A DNA stretch of 17,010 nt. Source: an uncultured Phycisphaerales bacterium. Lineage in GTDB: Bacteria > Planctomycetota > Phycisphaerae > Phycisphaerales > SM1A02. The translations under genes and the position numbers were made by a program. The stretch covers positions 1 through 17,010 of the forward strand of contig CALKEP010000069.1 of the NCBI GenBank assembly GCA_938084645.1. The letters are read 5' to 3'. The first letter of the stretch is position 1. Each line of letters starts with the position of its first letter. Positions 7,998 to 15,930 of the stretch are shown in pieces. Below the pieces are notes generated by a model. That model had not been told where the DNA came from and made no database searches. It was given only the letters and a program-made list of their open reading frames with translations.

Positions 7998-9388
7998 CCT
8001 CGAGTCGACGGACCATCGCATGGCTTCGCGGCGATCTCCGCCTCGACGACAACCCCGCCCTGGCCGAGGCCCATGCACGGGGCACGGATGGATGCACCGC
8101 GGTGTATCTCCTCGACGACGCCTTCTGGTCGAAGCATCACTGGGGCCCGGCCCGACGCGGGATGAGCCTTCGGGCGGTCGCGGCCATGCGGCCGAGACTC
8201 GCCGACGCCGGGATCGATCTGCGCATCCTGACCACCGCCACGAGATCCGCGGAAGACGTGATCGCCGACGCCTGCCGCGCGTCCGGCGCGACCGAAGTCC
8301 ACGCGAACCGGGAGTTCGGCGTGAACGAACATCGTCGCGACGAGGTGGTCGCGAATCGACTCGCCGAGGCGAACGTCGATTTCCGCCGTCATCACGATCA
8401 GACCATCCTGCCGGTCGAAGAGATTCGCTCCGGCGCCGGGACCCCCTACACCGTCTTCACACCGTTCAAGAAGAAGTGGCTCAAGCTTCTCGAAACGTCG
8501 GGGGCTCCCGTCCCGATCGAACCCCCCGGGCCGCCGGTCTCACCGACGGCCGACGCACGCTTCGTCGATGAGATCGATCTCGATGCCGCGCTTCGCGACG
8601 TGCCCGAATCGGCGTTCGAGGCCGGCGAAGCAGAACCACGCCGACGGCTCGAGGCGTTTCTCGATGGCCCCGTGGAACGCTATCACGACGACCGCGACCC
8701 ACCGTCGCTCGACGGGACCAGCACGCTTTCCCCGTGGCTCGCCTGCGGCTCGATCTCCCCGCGACGGATTCTCCGGATGCTGACGGATCGCTTCGGAGAG
8801 GATCCAGCGTCCTGGCAGGAGGGACCGGCGACGTGGTTGAGCGAGTTGATCTGGCGCGAGTTCTACCGCCACGTGATGGACGGCATCCCCAAACTCTCCA
8901 TGGACCGGCCGCTCCACGGCTGGACCGACCGCGTCGAATGGCGGGATGACGAGGCCGGATTCACCGCATGGTGCGACGGACGAACCGGGATCGCGATCGT
9001 CGACGCCGGCATGCGACAGATGGCGGCGACGGGATGGATGCACAATCGCGTCCGCATGATCACCGCGACGTTTCTGGCGAAGCACCTCCTGATCGACTGG
9101 CGCCGAGGCGAGCGTTTCTTCATGCACCAGCTCGTCGACGGCGACTTTCCCAGCAACAACGGCGGCTGGCAGTGGGCCGCCTCGACCGGAACCGACGCCG
9201 CCCCCTACTTCCGGATCTTCAATCCCGATCGTCAGGCCGAACGCTTCGATCCCGAGGCGACCTACATCCGGCGATGGGTTCCGGAGTACGACGGCCCCGG
9301 ATCGATGAAGCCGATCGTCGACCTCAAGGCGGCGCGGGTCCGTGCGATCGAAACCTTCAAGTCCGCGAAGAACGCCGTGACGGCCTGA
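7994..9388 (+). CDS. phrB: Deoxyribodipyrimidine photolyase, class I CPD, 464 aa
   Basis: WLRGDLRLDDNPAL, YTVFTPFKK, GTSTLSPWL, WLSELIWREFYRH, GWMHNRVRMI and NNGGWQWAASTGTDAAPYFRIFNP closely follow E. coli PhrB. Trp-triad equivalents (RVEW, LIDW, GGWQW) are present. Confidence 0.95.
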   Translation: MTSSRRTIAWLRGDLRLDDNPALAEAHARGTDGCTAVYLLDDAFWSKHHWGPARRGMSLRAVAAMRPRLADAGIDLRILTTATRSAEDVIADACRASGATEVHANREFGVNEHRRDEVVANRLAEANVDFRRHHDQTILPVEEIRSGAGTPYTVFTPFKKKWLKLLETSGAPVPIEPPGPPVSPTADARFVDEIDLDAALRDVPESAFEAGEAEPRRRLEAFLDGPVERYHDDRDPPSLDGTSTLSPWLACGSISPRRILRMLTDRFGEDPASWQEGPATWLSELIWREFYRHVMDGIPKLSMDRPLHGWTDRVEWRDDEAGFTAWCDGRTGIAIVDAGMRQMAATGWMHNRVRMITATFLAKHLLIDWRRGERFFMHQLVDGDFPSNNGGWQWAASTGTDAAPYFRIFNPDRQAERFDPEATYIRRWVPEYDGPGSMKPIVDLKAARVRAIETFKSAKNAVTA

Positions 9389-9394
9389 GGAGCC

Positions 9395-11245
9395 TCAGAG
9401 ATCTCCGGTGACCTCGGGCACGAGCTGGAAGACCAGCACCCGATCGACCGCGGTCACCACCAGCCGCTCGCCCGACGAATCAAAACACGCGTTCGAGATC
9501 CATCGCTCGTCCGGCACGAGGGTGCGGATGAGGGCCCCGTCCGCTGACACGACGTGCACGCCCTTGCCAGTGAGCAGCACGGCGCTGTCGGAGGCCATCG
9601 CCATCCCGTCCGACCCGAGCGGGAAGAACATCCGACGCGGGCCGAGGGCGCCGCCGGGGCCGATGGCGAACTCGAAGGTCCGCCCGCCATCCAGATCGGC
9701 GACGTAGAGCCGGCTTCCGTCCGGTCGGCCGACGATGCCGTTGGGACGCTCGAAGCCGGTCGCCGCGATCTCACAGGTACCGTCGGGGTCGAGCCGGTGG
9801 ACGTCCGCCCGCAGCGGCTTCCGTCCGGACGCGAACCAGGGCCTCCGATAGAAGGGATCGGTGAACCAGATCCGTCCCGACGGCCCGACCCAGAGATCAT
9901 TGGGGCCGTTGAACGGACTCGTCCCGCCCGAGGCGAGGACTTCGACGCTCCCATCGTCATCCCACGCCACGAGTTCGTTCTCGGCTTCCGCGCATCCGAC
10001 GAGCCGGCCATCGGCGGCGACCGCCAGTCCGTTCGCTCGCCTTGCTTCGAACGGCATCACCGACACGTCCCCGTCGACGCCGATGCGGACGATCCGATCG
10101 CGTGGCTGATCCGTCACCAGCAGATCCCCCTCCGGAAGAAACACCGGGCCCTCCGAGAATTCGAATCCCTCGACCAGCACCGCCGCCGGACCGACCCGGG
10201 CCCACGCCGGATCGGCCGCGAGCGGAATTCGTCGGGTCCGTCCGACTTCGGTCCCGGATGGAATCTCGTGAAATCGCATCCATCCATCGATGGTGCCGTC
10301 CGCGAGTCGCATGGATCCGTTGAAACCGAGGACGCTCGCACAACTCGCGAGTGCGTCGGCATCGGCACCGGGCGACGCTCCACCCTGCACGAGCACCGTC
10401 ACCTCGCGTCGTGCCTCCAAGGGCCTGCCCGTCCGCGGGTCCAGAAGATGACTCAATCGCACGATCTCGCCATCCCGCTCCACTTCGAGAAACTGCTCGA
10501 CGTCACCACTGGTCGCGATCGCACCGTTCTCCAGCAGCACCACTTCGTCCTCGTCGCCCTCGACGGTCCGAATCCGCACTCGCCATCCGGCCGATCCGGG
10601 CGGCGGAAAGCCCGCGACGAGATCGCCACCGACGTCGACGAGGGCACGAACCAATCCTCGAGCCCGGAGCACCGCGAGCGCCGCGTCAGCCGCCATGCCC
10701 TTTCCGATCCCGCCGAAGTCGAGCCGAAGTCCCGCCGTTCGACAACGCAACGTGCCGGCTTCCCGATCGAACTCGATTTTCTCGATGCCGACCACGTCGT
10801 CGGCGAACTCGACACTCGCCCGAGATGGCGGAACGCCATCTCGACGAGCCGATCGCCAGAGCTGGGTGAGCGGACCGATCGTGGGATCGAACGCACCGCC
10901 ACTCCGTCGATTCCAGTGGATGGAACGCCGCAGGGCCTCGGCCAGATCGGGGGACACCCGGACCGTTTCGTCGACCCGTTCGACGAGCCGCATCGCCTCG
11001 CTCCGAGGTCGATAGTCACTCAGCACGTCCTCGATCTCGGCCATTCGCGCGAAGGCGGCCTTGGTCGCCGCGTATCCGGTCGCTTCGTCCGGCGCGTAGA
11101 CCTGGATGGTGGCGGGCGTGCCCATCACCACCCGACGATCGACCACCCGGACTTCGGGCCCGACGGCGGATGCCGCCGGGACGAACCATGGCGGGAGAAT
11201 CACGGCGGCGAGCATCGCGGCGGCGCGAACGATTTCGAAGTTCAT
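9395..11245 (-). CDS. apbE: Fusion: ApbE-family FAD:protein FMN transferase + SMP-30/gluconolactonase (SGL) beta-propeller, with signal peptide, 616 aa
   Basis: ATG 11245 overlaps the upstream TGA; signal peptide ends AASA. ApbE motifs: VMGT, GAFDPTIGPL, LDFGGIGKG, DVGGD, ATSGD, HLLDPRTG, ADALAS. SGL motifs from ~10190 down: FSEGPVF, ANGLA, FNGPNDL, IWFTDP, RPNGI, LYVAD, SDGMA. Confidence 0.88.
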   Translation of the reverse strand: MNFEIVRAAAMLAAVILPPWFVPAASAVGPEVRVVDRRVVMGTPATIQVYAPDEATGYAATKAAFARMAEIEDVLSDYRPRSEAMRLVERVDETVRVSPDLAEALRRSIHWNRRSGGAFDPTIGPLTQLWRSARRDGVPPSRASVEFADDVVGIEKIEFDREAGTLRCRTAGLRLDFGGIGKGMAADAALAVLRARGLVRALVDVGGDLVAGFPPPGSAGWRVRIRTVEGDEDEVVLLENGAIATSGDVEQFLEVERDGEIVRLSHLLDPRTGRPLEARREVTVLVQGGASPGADADALASCASVLGFNGSMRLADGTIDGWMRFHEIPSGTEVGRTRRIPLAADPAWARVGPAAVLVEGFEFSEGPVFLPEGDLLVTDQPRDRIVRIGVDGDVSVMPFEARRANGLAVAADGRLVGCAEAENELVAWDDDGSVEVLASGGTSPFNGPNDLWVGPSGRIWFTDPFYRRPWFASGRKPLRADVHRLDPDGTCEIAATGFERPNGIVGRPDGSRLYVADLDGGRTFEFAIGPGGALGPRRMFFPLGSDGMAMASDSAVLLTGKGVHVVSADGALIRTLVPDERWISNACFDSSGERLVVTAVDRVLVFQLVPEVTGDL

Positions 11246-12195
11246 GACCGGAATCGATCGCACTCTCGATACGCCTCGATGAGCCGGTCCACCCCGTCCT
11301 TTCCGCCGAGACTCAGTCCGTGTTCCATGCCCACGATTCCCTTGAATCCGCGGCGGTGGAGGTGACGGAAGACGTTGCGATAGTCGATCTCCCCGGTCGT
11401 CGGCTCGCGACGGCCGGGATTGTCACCGACCTGGAAGTAGGCGATCTCGCTCCACGCCTGGTCCATGTAGGGAATGAGATTCCCCTCGGTGATCTGCTGG
11501 TGGTAGAGATCGTTCAGGATCTTGCAGCTCGGACTGCCCACCGCTTCGCAGATCATGAACGCCTGTGGGATCTCGGTCAGGAACAACCCCGAGTGATCCC
11601 GGCGATTCAAGGGCTCGAGCACCATCACCAGATCGTGCGGCTCGAGAATCGCGGCACATCGCTTGAGGTTCTCGATCACGTTGGCCGTCTGAAAATCCCA
11701 CGAATCGGACAGGCCGTACCGGCCCGGGACCACGGTCATCCAACGCGCCCCGCACCGCTTGGCGATGTCGACCGCCTTCCTCATCTTCGATTCCAACCTG
11801 GCCGTCATGGCCGGATCGCGCTTGACGAAGGTCTCCGCACCGAAATCCCCCTCGGCCACGAACACGCCCATCTCGATGTCCAACCGACGCATCGCTTCCC
11901 CAAGCCGCTTCTGCTCCGCATCGGAACGCCCCGGCATCCCGTTGTCTTCCCATGCCCGGAATCCGTGATCGTGGGCGAACTCGAGCTGGTCCACCAGATC
12001 GTTCCCGCTCTTGGCGTTGAACATGCCGAAGTGCGGCGCGTATTTCAGATTGAATTCCGCCGCGGGTGGCACCGCGACATCGCCGACCGCGACCCCGGTC
12101 GCCAGTCCGGCCACCGTCGCCCCGCCCGCCGCGCCGAGAAAGGCCCGCCGTTCGATCCCGCCCGCTTCAGTCCCCGCTGAATCGATTCCGCTCAT
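11242..12195 (-). CDS. Tat-exported hydroxypyruvate isomerase (Hyi)-like TIM-barrel protein, 317 aa
   Basis: ATG 12195 with AAGGAG RBS; Tat signal ERRAFLGAAGG; motifs LEPLN, DLYHQQITEGNLI, QVGDNPGRREPTTGEIDY and GMEH. Confidence 0.9.
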   Translation of the reverse strand: MSGIDSAGTEAGGIERRAFLGAAGGATVAGLATGVAVGDVAVPPAAEFNLKYAPHFGMFNAKSGNDLVDQLEFAHDHGFRAWEDNGMPGRSDAEQKRLGEAMRRLDIEMGVFVAEGDFGAETFVKRDPAMTARLESKMRKAVDIAKRCGARWMTVVPGRYGLSDSWDFQTANVIENLKRCAAILEPHDLVMVLEPLNRRDHSGLFLTEIPQAFMICEAVGSPSCKILNDLYHQQITEGNLIPYMDQAWSEIAYFQVGDNPGRREPTTGEIDYRNVFRHLHRRGFKGIVGMEHGLSLGGKDGVDRLIEAYRECDRFRS

Positions 12196-12223
12196 GTCGT
12201 TCGCTCCTTGGTCCGGCTCGCTC

Positions 12224-13537
12224 TCATGCGTCGGTCGGACGGACGTCATCGCTCCGGTTCATCCTGGTCTGGCCGGGGATCGGCACCGGCGGCGTCGGCA
12301 TGTCCGTGAAGTCAGCCAGGTCGGGCATGAGATCCTGGTCGCTGTTCAAGGCTTCCTCGAAGGTGATCACCTTCCCGGTGTAGGCCGCCTCACGACCCAT
12401 GATCGCGGTGAGCGTGCTCTCCGCGATCCGCTGCCCTTCGTTGAGGTAGTCGCCGGTCCCCCGGATGGAGGCCTGCAGATCCATGTGTTCCTGGACGTAG
12501 GGACTCCGCTGCGGACCCTTGAATCTCCATGCGTTCGGGCCCGTCAGGACCGCACGCCCGCTGGTGAGCGTCGCCGTGCCGTCGGCGCCCGTGATGACCT
12601 CCTCCACCCGGCCGTCGGTTCCGGCCTGCTGCCGGCACATGCTCATCGCGAATCGATCGTCGGGATATCGATACTCCAGCCCGAAGTGATCGAAGATGTG
12701 CCCGTACTCGTCGGACGTCCGCGACTGGCGACCACCCACACCGAAGACCTCGGTCGGCGGCGACTGGAAGGCCCAGTTGATCGCGTCGAGGTTGTGCACG
12801 TGCTGCTCGACGATGTGATCACCGGAGAGCCAGGTGTAGTAGAGCCAGTTCCGGATCTGGTTCTCGGCCTCGCTCCGGTCCGGCTCGGCCGCGACGTTCC
12901 AGAGGCTTCCCATGTTCCAGTAGCACCGAGCCGCAAGGAGCCGCCCGATATCACCCCGGTGCAGTCGTTCCATCGCTTCCAGGTAGCACTGCTCGTGCCG
13001 ACGCTGCGTACCCGCGACCACCGAGAGCTTCCGGTCGTTGGCGGCCGCGGCGGCCTCCATCACGGTGCGGATCCCGGTCGCGTCGACCGCCACCGGCTTC
13101 TCCATGAAGACGTGCTTGCCGGCCTCCACCGCCGCCGCGAAGTGCTGCGGACGGAAGCCGGGCGGCGTCGCGAGGATCACCACGTCGCAATCGGTGCCGA
13201 TCACCTTCTTGAACGCGTCGAACCCCGTGAACTGCCTCGACTCGGGAACATCCACCCGGGCCTCGTCCCGCTTGCGCAGGTTGCCGAGACTGCTCTGGAG
13301 GCGGTCGGGAAAGAGGTCGCCCATCGCGTGGATCCGCACGTCCGGTCCCGCTTCGAGCGCGTTGACCGCCGCACCGGACCCCCGGCCTCCGCATCCGATG
13401 AGGCCGACGTTGATGACGTCCTCGCGGCCGAGCCGGGATCCCAGGATCGTCGGCGCGGCGGAGACGATCGTGGGAACGGTGGCGGCGAGTCCGACGGCGC
13501 GGACGAAGTCACGTCGATCAAGATTCTGGTCGTTCAT
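12224..13537 (-). CDS. Tat-exported Gfo/Idh/MocA oxidoreductase, 437 aa
   Basis: Tat signal DRRDFV; GLIGCGGRGSGA; ILATPPGFR; HVFMEKP; WLSGDHIVEQHVHNLD; GGAG RBS. Confidence 0.93.
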   Translation of the reverse strand: MNDQNLDRRDFVRAVGLAATVPTIVSAAPTILGSRLGREDVINVGLIGCGGRGSGAAVNALEAGPDVRIHAMGDLFPDRLQSSLGNLRKRDEARVDVPESRQFTGFDAFKKVIGTDCDVVILATPPGFRPQHFAAAVEAGKHVFMEKPVAVDATGIRTVMEAAAAANDRKLSVVAGTQRRHEQCYLEAMERLHRGDIGRLLAARCYWNMGSLWNVAAEPDRSEAENQIRNWLYYTWLSGDHIVEQHVHNLDAINWAFQSPPTEVFGVGGRQSRTSDEYGHIFDHFGLEYRYPDDRFAMSMCRQQAGTDGRVEEVITGADGTATLTSGRAVLTGPNAWRFKGPQRSPYVQEHMDLQASIRGTGDYLNEGQRIAESTLTAIMGREAAYTGKVITFEEALNSDQDLMPDLADFTDMPTPPVPIPGQTRMNRSDDVRPTDA

Positions 13538-13564
13538 CGCAGGAGCTCCGATCTTGGGTTTCGA

Positions 13565-13582
13565 GACGGTGGATCCACCGTC
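13565..13582. repeat. Perfect 18-bp palindrome in an intra-operon spacer
   Basis: GACGGTGGATCCACCGTC is its own reverse complement and lies in the 60-nt gap between the isomerase stop and the Gfo start. Confidence 0.8.
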
Positions 13583-13597
13583 GCCTTCCGGGATCGC

Positions 13598-14497
13598 CTA
13601 CTCGGCGGAGTCCCGGATCCGGTCCATTCGCGTCGCCACGTCGGTCAGCCAGGCACGATCGCCCCCACCGATCTCCGCGGTCATCCATCCATCGAATCCG
13701 ATCTCACGCAAGGCGGTCATCACGGCGGGCCAGTCGCAGTCGCCTTCGAGCAGGAGGACGTCGAAGCCGGCCCAACGTCCTTCCTTGTTGAGTTTCTCGC
13801 GGCTGTACTCCTTCGCGTCGATCTTCATGATCCGCGGGCCGAGGACCCGGATCCACTGTTCGGGCCAGCCGTAGGCCACGAGGTTGCCGACATCGAGATA
13901 CCACCCGACCCGGTCGCTTTCGAACGAGTCGACGTACTCCGCGGCCTCCCGCGGACTCAGCAGGAAGTTGTTCCAGACGTTCTCGAACGCGATGTCGATT
14001 CCCGCCGCCTCGGCGTCCGGGATCACCTTGAGCAGTTCGGTCCGGCTCAGTCGCCAGGCGTCGTCGTAGGCGCGGTTCTTTCCGACCACCGCCGGAACCA
14101 CCAGCACCGAGGTGGCCCCGTAGGCCTTCGCGTCCGAGATCGCCTCCCGGATCGCCGCGACGCACTTCGCCCGCACCTCCGGGTTCGAGTCGTTGAGCGG
14201 ACTCTTCCAATGTTCGCTGCAGACCACGCCGTGCACCGGAAGCCCCGTGGCCTTCGACGCCGCCACGACCTCTTCGACGCTCCACGCGTTGGGACTCGGC
14301 AACTCGACACCGTCGTAACCGAGCGACCGGAGCAGTCGGAACTTCTCTTCGAGGGTGTCCCCCTCCTGGACCATCTCGATCTTGACCGCCTTCTTCATCG
14401 CCGGGCTCACGAGGGGGCCAGAGGCCGCATGCGTCGACGCGGCCGACACGAGAAGCATGCAGAAGAGACCGATGACCGGAATGGTGAACTGAAGCAT
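13598..14497 (-). CDS. Exported sugar-phosphate isomerase/epimerase (xylose isomerase-like TIM barrel), 299 aa
   Basis: Sec-like signal peptide; GYDGVEL, VLVVP, FENVWNNFL, YLDVGN, DAKEY, EGDCDW and GWMTAE; GGAG RBS. Confidence 0.9.
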   Translation of the reverse strand: MLQFTIPVIGLFCMLLVSAASTHAASGPLVSPAMKKAVKIEMVQEGDTLEEKFRLLRSLGYDGVELPSPNAWSVEEVVAASKATGLPVHGVVCSEHWKSPLNDSNPEVRAKCVAAIREAISDAKAYGATSVLVVPAVVGKNRAYDDAWRLSRTELLKVIPDAEAAGIDIAFENVWNNFLLSPREAAEYVDSFESDRVGWYLDVGNLVAYGWPEQWIRVLGPRIMKIDAKEYSREKLNKEGRWAGFDVLLLEGDCDWPAVMTALREIGFDGWMTAEIGGGDRAWLTDVATRMDRIRDSAE

Positions 14498-14549
14498 GTG
14501 GCTCCCGTCGGTTCGAGGACGATGCGGGGCGATGTGTCCGAGACGTCGA

Positions 14550-15860
14550 TCAACTGAACTTGTAGACGCCTGGCTGCGGGATTTCGAGCGGCGGCATCGG
14601 TCCGAACTTCGGATCCTGCGGGACGATCTCCTTCTGGGAGTTCATGATCTCGTCCCAGGTGATCGTCCGCCCGCTGTAACCGGCCTCCCGGCCGAGGATG
14701 CCCATCGCCACCGACTGGGTCATCCAGTCGCCGTCGTTCAAGACCTCGCCGTCCCGGATCGCCTTGAAGAGCTCGTTGTGCTCGGTCTGGTACATGTTGG
14801 GCGTTCCGCCCTTGTACCGGAACTCCTTGGACCCGTCCGCGAACTTGAGGTTCGACTGCCGCGGCGCCCAGCCGTTCACGAATCCGATCCCCTTGGTGCC
14901 GGCGATCCAGTCGGTGTTGTCGTTCGAGCAGTTGGGAACCTGACGGCAGGTGAGGAATCCGCGTGCGCCGTTGTCCCACTCGTAGACCACCGCGAAGTGA
15001 TCGAAGATGTCGCCTCGCTCCGCGCCTTCGCGGAGACCGCGGCCGCCGAGGGCGGTCGCCTTCGCCGGCGGCCGATTCCCCATCGCCCAGTTCATCTTGT
15101 CGACGCTGTGCACCGCCTGCTCCACGATGATGTCGCCGGAGAGCCAGTTCATGTGCTGCCAGTTTCGAAGCTGGAAGTCCATGTCGGTCATGTCGGGCGT
15201 TCGGGCCCGGGTGCCCAGCGGACCGGTGTGATAGGTCGAGTGCACGGACTCGATCTCGCCGAGCGCGCCGTCGTTGATCTCGCCGTAGACCGCGCGTTCC
15301 GGCATGGCGTAACGCCAGCAGAAGCCGGACATCAACTGGGTCCCCTGGGCCTTCGCCTTCTTCGACGTCTCCATGACCTTCCGAAGCCCCGGCATGTCCG
15401 TGGCCATGGGCTTCTCGCAGAAGACGTGCTTCCCGGCCCCGACCGCCTTCTCGAGATGGTCGGGGCGGAATCCCGGAGGTGTCGCGAGGATCACCACGTC
15501 GACCCCGCTGTCCAGGACCTTGTCGATGGCGTCGAAGCCCACGAATCGACGCTCGTCTCCGACCATGACGCGGGTTCCATGCTGATTCTTGAGGCCGTTG
15601 AAGCTGTTGTTCAGACGATCCTCGTAGACGTCACCCATGGCCCAGAGCATCACGCCCGGATCCGCGTTGATCGCCTGGTTCGCCGCGCCGGTACCGCGGC
15701 CGCCGCACCCGACCAACCCAACCTTGATGCGGTCACTCGCGGCGGCGGCGCCCCAGACCGGCATCGCGAGCCCGGTCGCACCGACCGCAGCGGCGGTCTT
15801 CACGAATGCACGGCGATCGACGCCGTCGCTGGAGTTGGCTTCGGACTTGGGATCATTCAT
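14550..15860 (-). CDS. Tat-exported Gfo/Idh/MocA oxidoreductase, 436 aa (paralogue of 12224..13537)
   Basis: Start moved to ATG 15860 (AGGAG RBS); Tat signal DRRAFV; GLVGCGGRGTGA; ILATPPGFR; HVFCEKP; WLSGDIIVEQAVHSVD. Confidence 0.93.
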   Translation of the reverse strand: MNDPKSEANSSDGVDRRAFVKTAAAVGATGLAMPVWGAAAASDRIKVGLVGCGGRGTGAANQAINADPGVMLWAMGDVYEDRLNNSFNGLKNQHGTRVMVGDERRFVGFDAIDKVLDSGVDVVILATPPGFRPDHLEKAVGAGKHVFCEKPMATDMPGLRKVMETSKKAKAQGTQLMSGFCWRYAMPERAVYGEINDGALGEIESVHSTYHTGPLGTRARTPDMTDMDFQLRNWQHMNWLSGDIIVEQAVHSVDKMNWAMGNRPPAKATALGGRGLREGAERGDIFDHFAVVYEWDNGARGFLTCRQVPNCSNDNTDWIAGTKGIGFVNGWAPRQSNLKFADGSKEFRYKGGTPNMYQTEHNELFKAIRDGEVLNDGDWMTQSVAMGILGREAGYSGRTITWDEIMNSQKEIVPQDPKFGPMPPLEIPQPGVYKFS

Positions 15861-15930
15861 CGATGGACTCCTGACGGTGTACGAGAATCGAGGTCGGGGC
15901 TTCGGGCCGGGTTCGAATGGTCGGCGACGC

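Noticed and set aside
9385..9398. Mini-hairpins at convergent gene ends (also 1646-1660)
   Set aside because: Largely a by-product of facing TGA/TCA stop codons; short stems and no U-tracts, so not called terminators.
9554..11365. 603-aa + strand ORF
   Set aside because: Antisense shadow of the ApbE-SGL fusion; Arg/Pro-rich with no motifs.
12011..14557. 848-aa + strand ORF
   Set aside because: Antisense shadow of the well-supported Gfo/isomerase genes with no recognisable motifs; long stop-free antisense frames are common at high GC.
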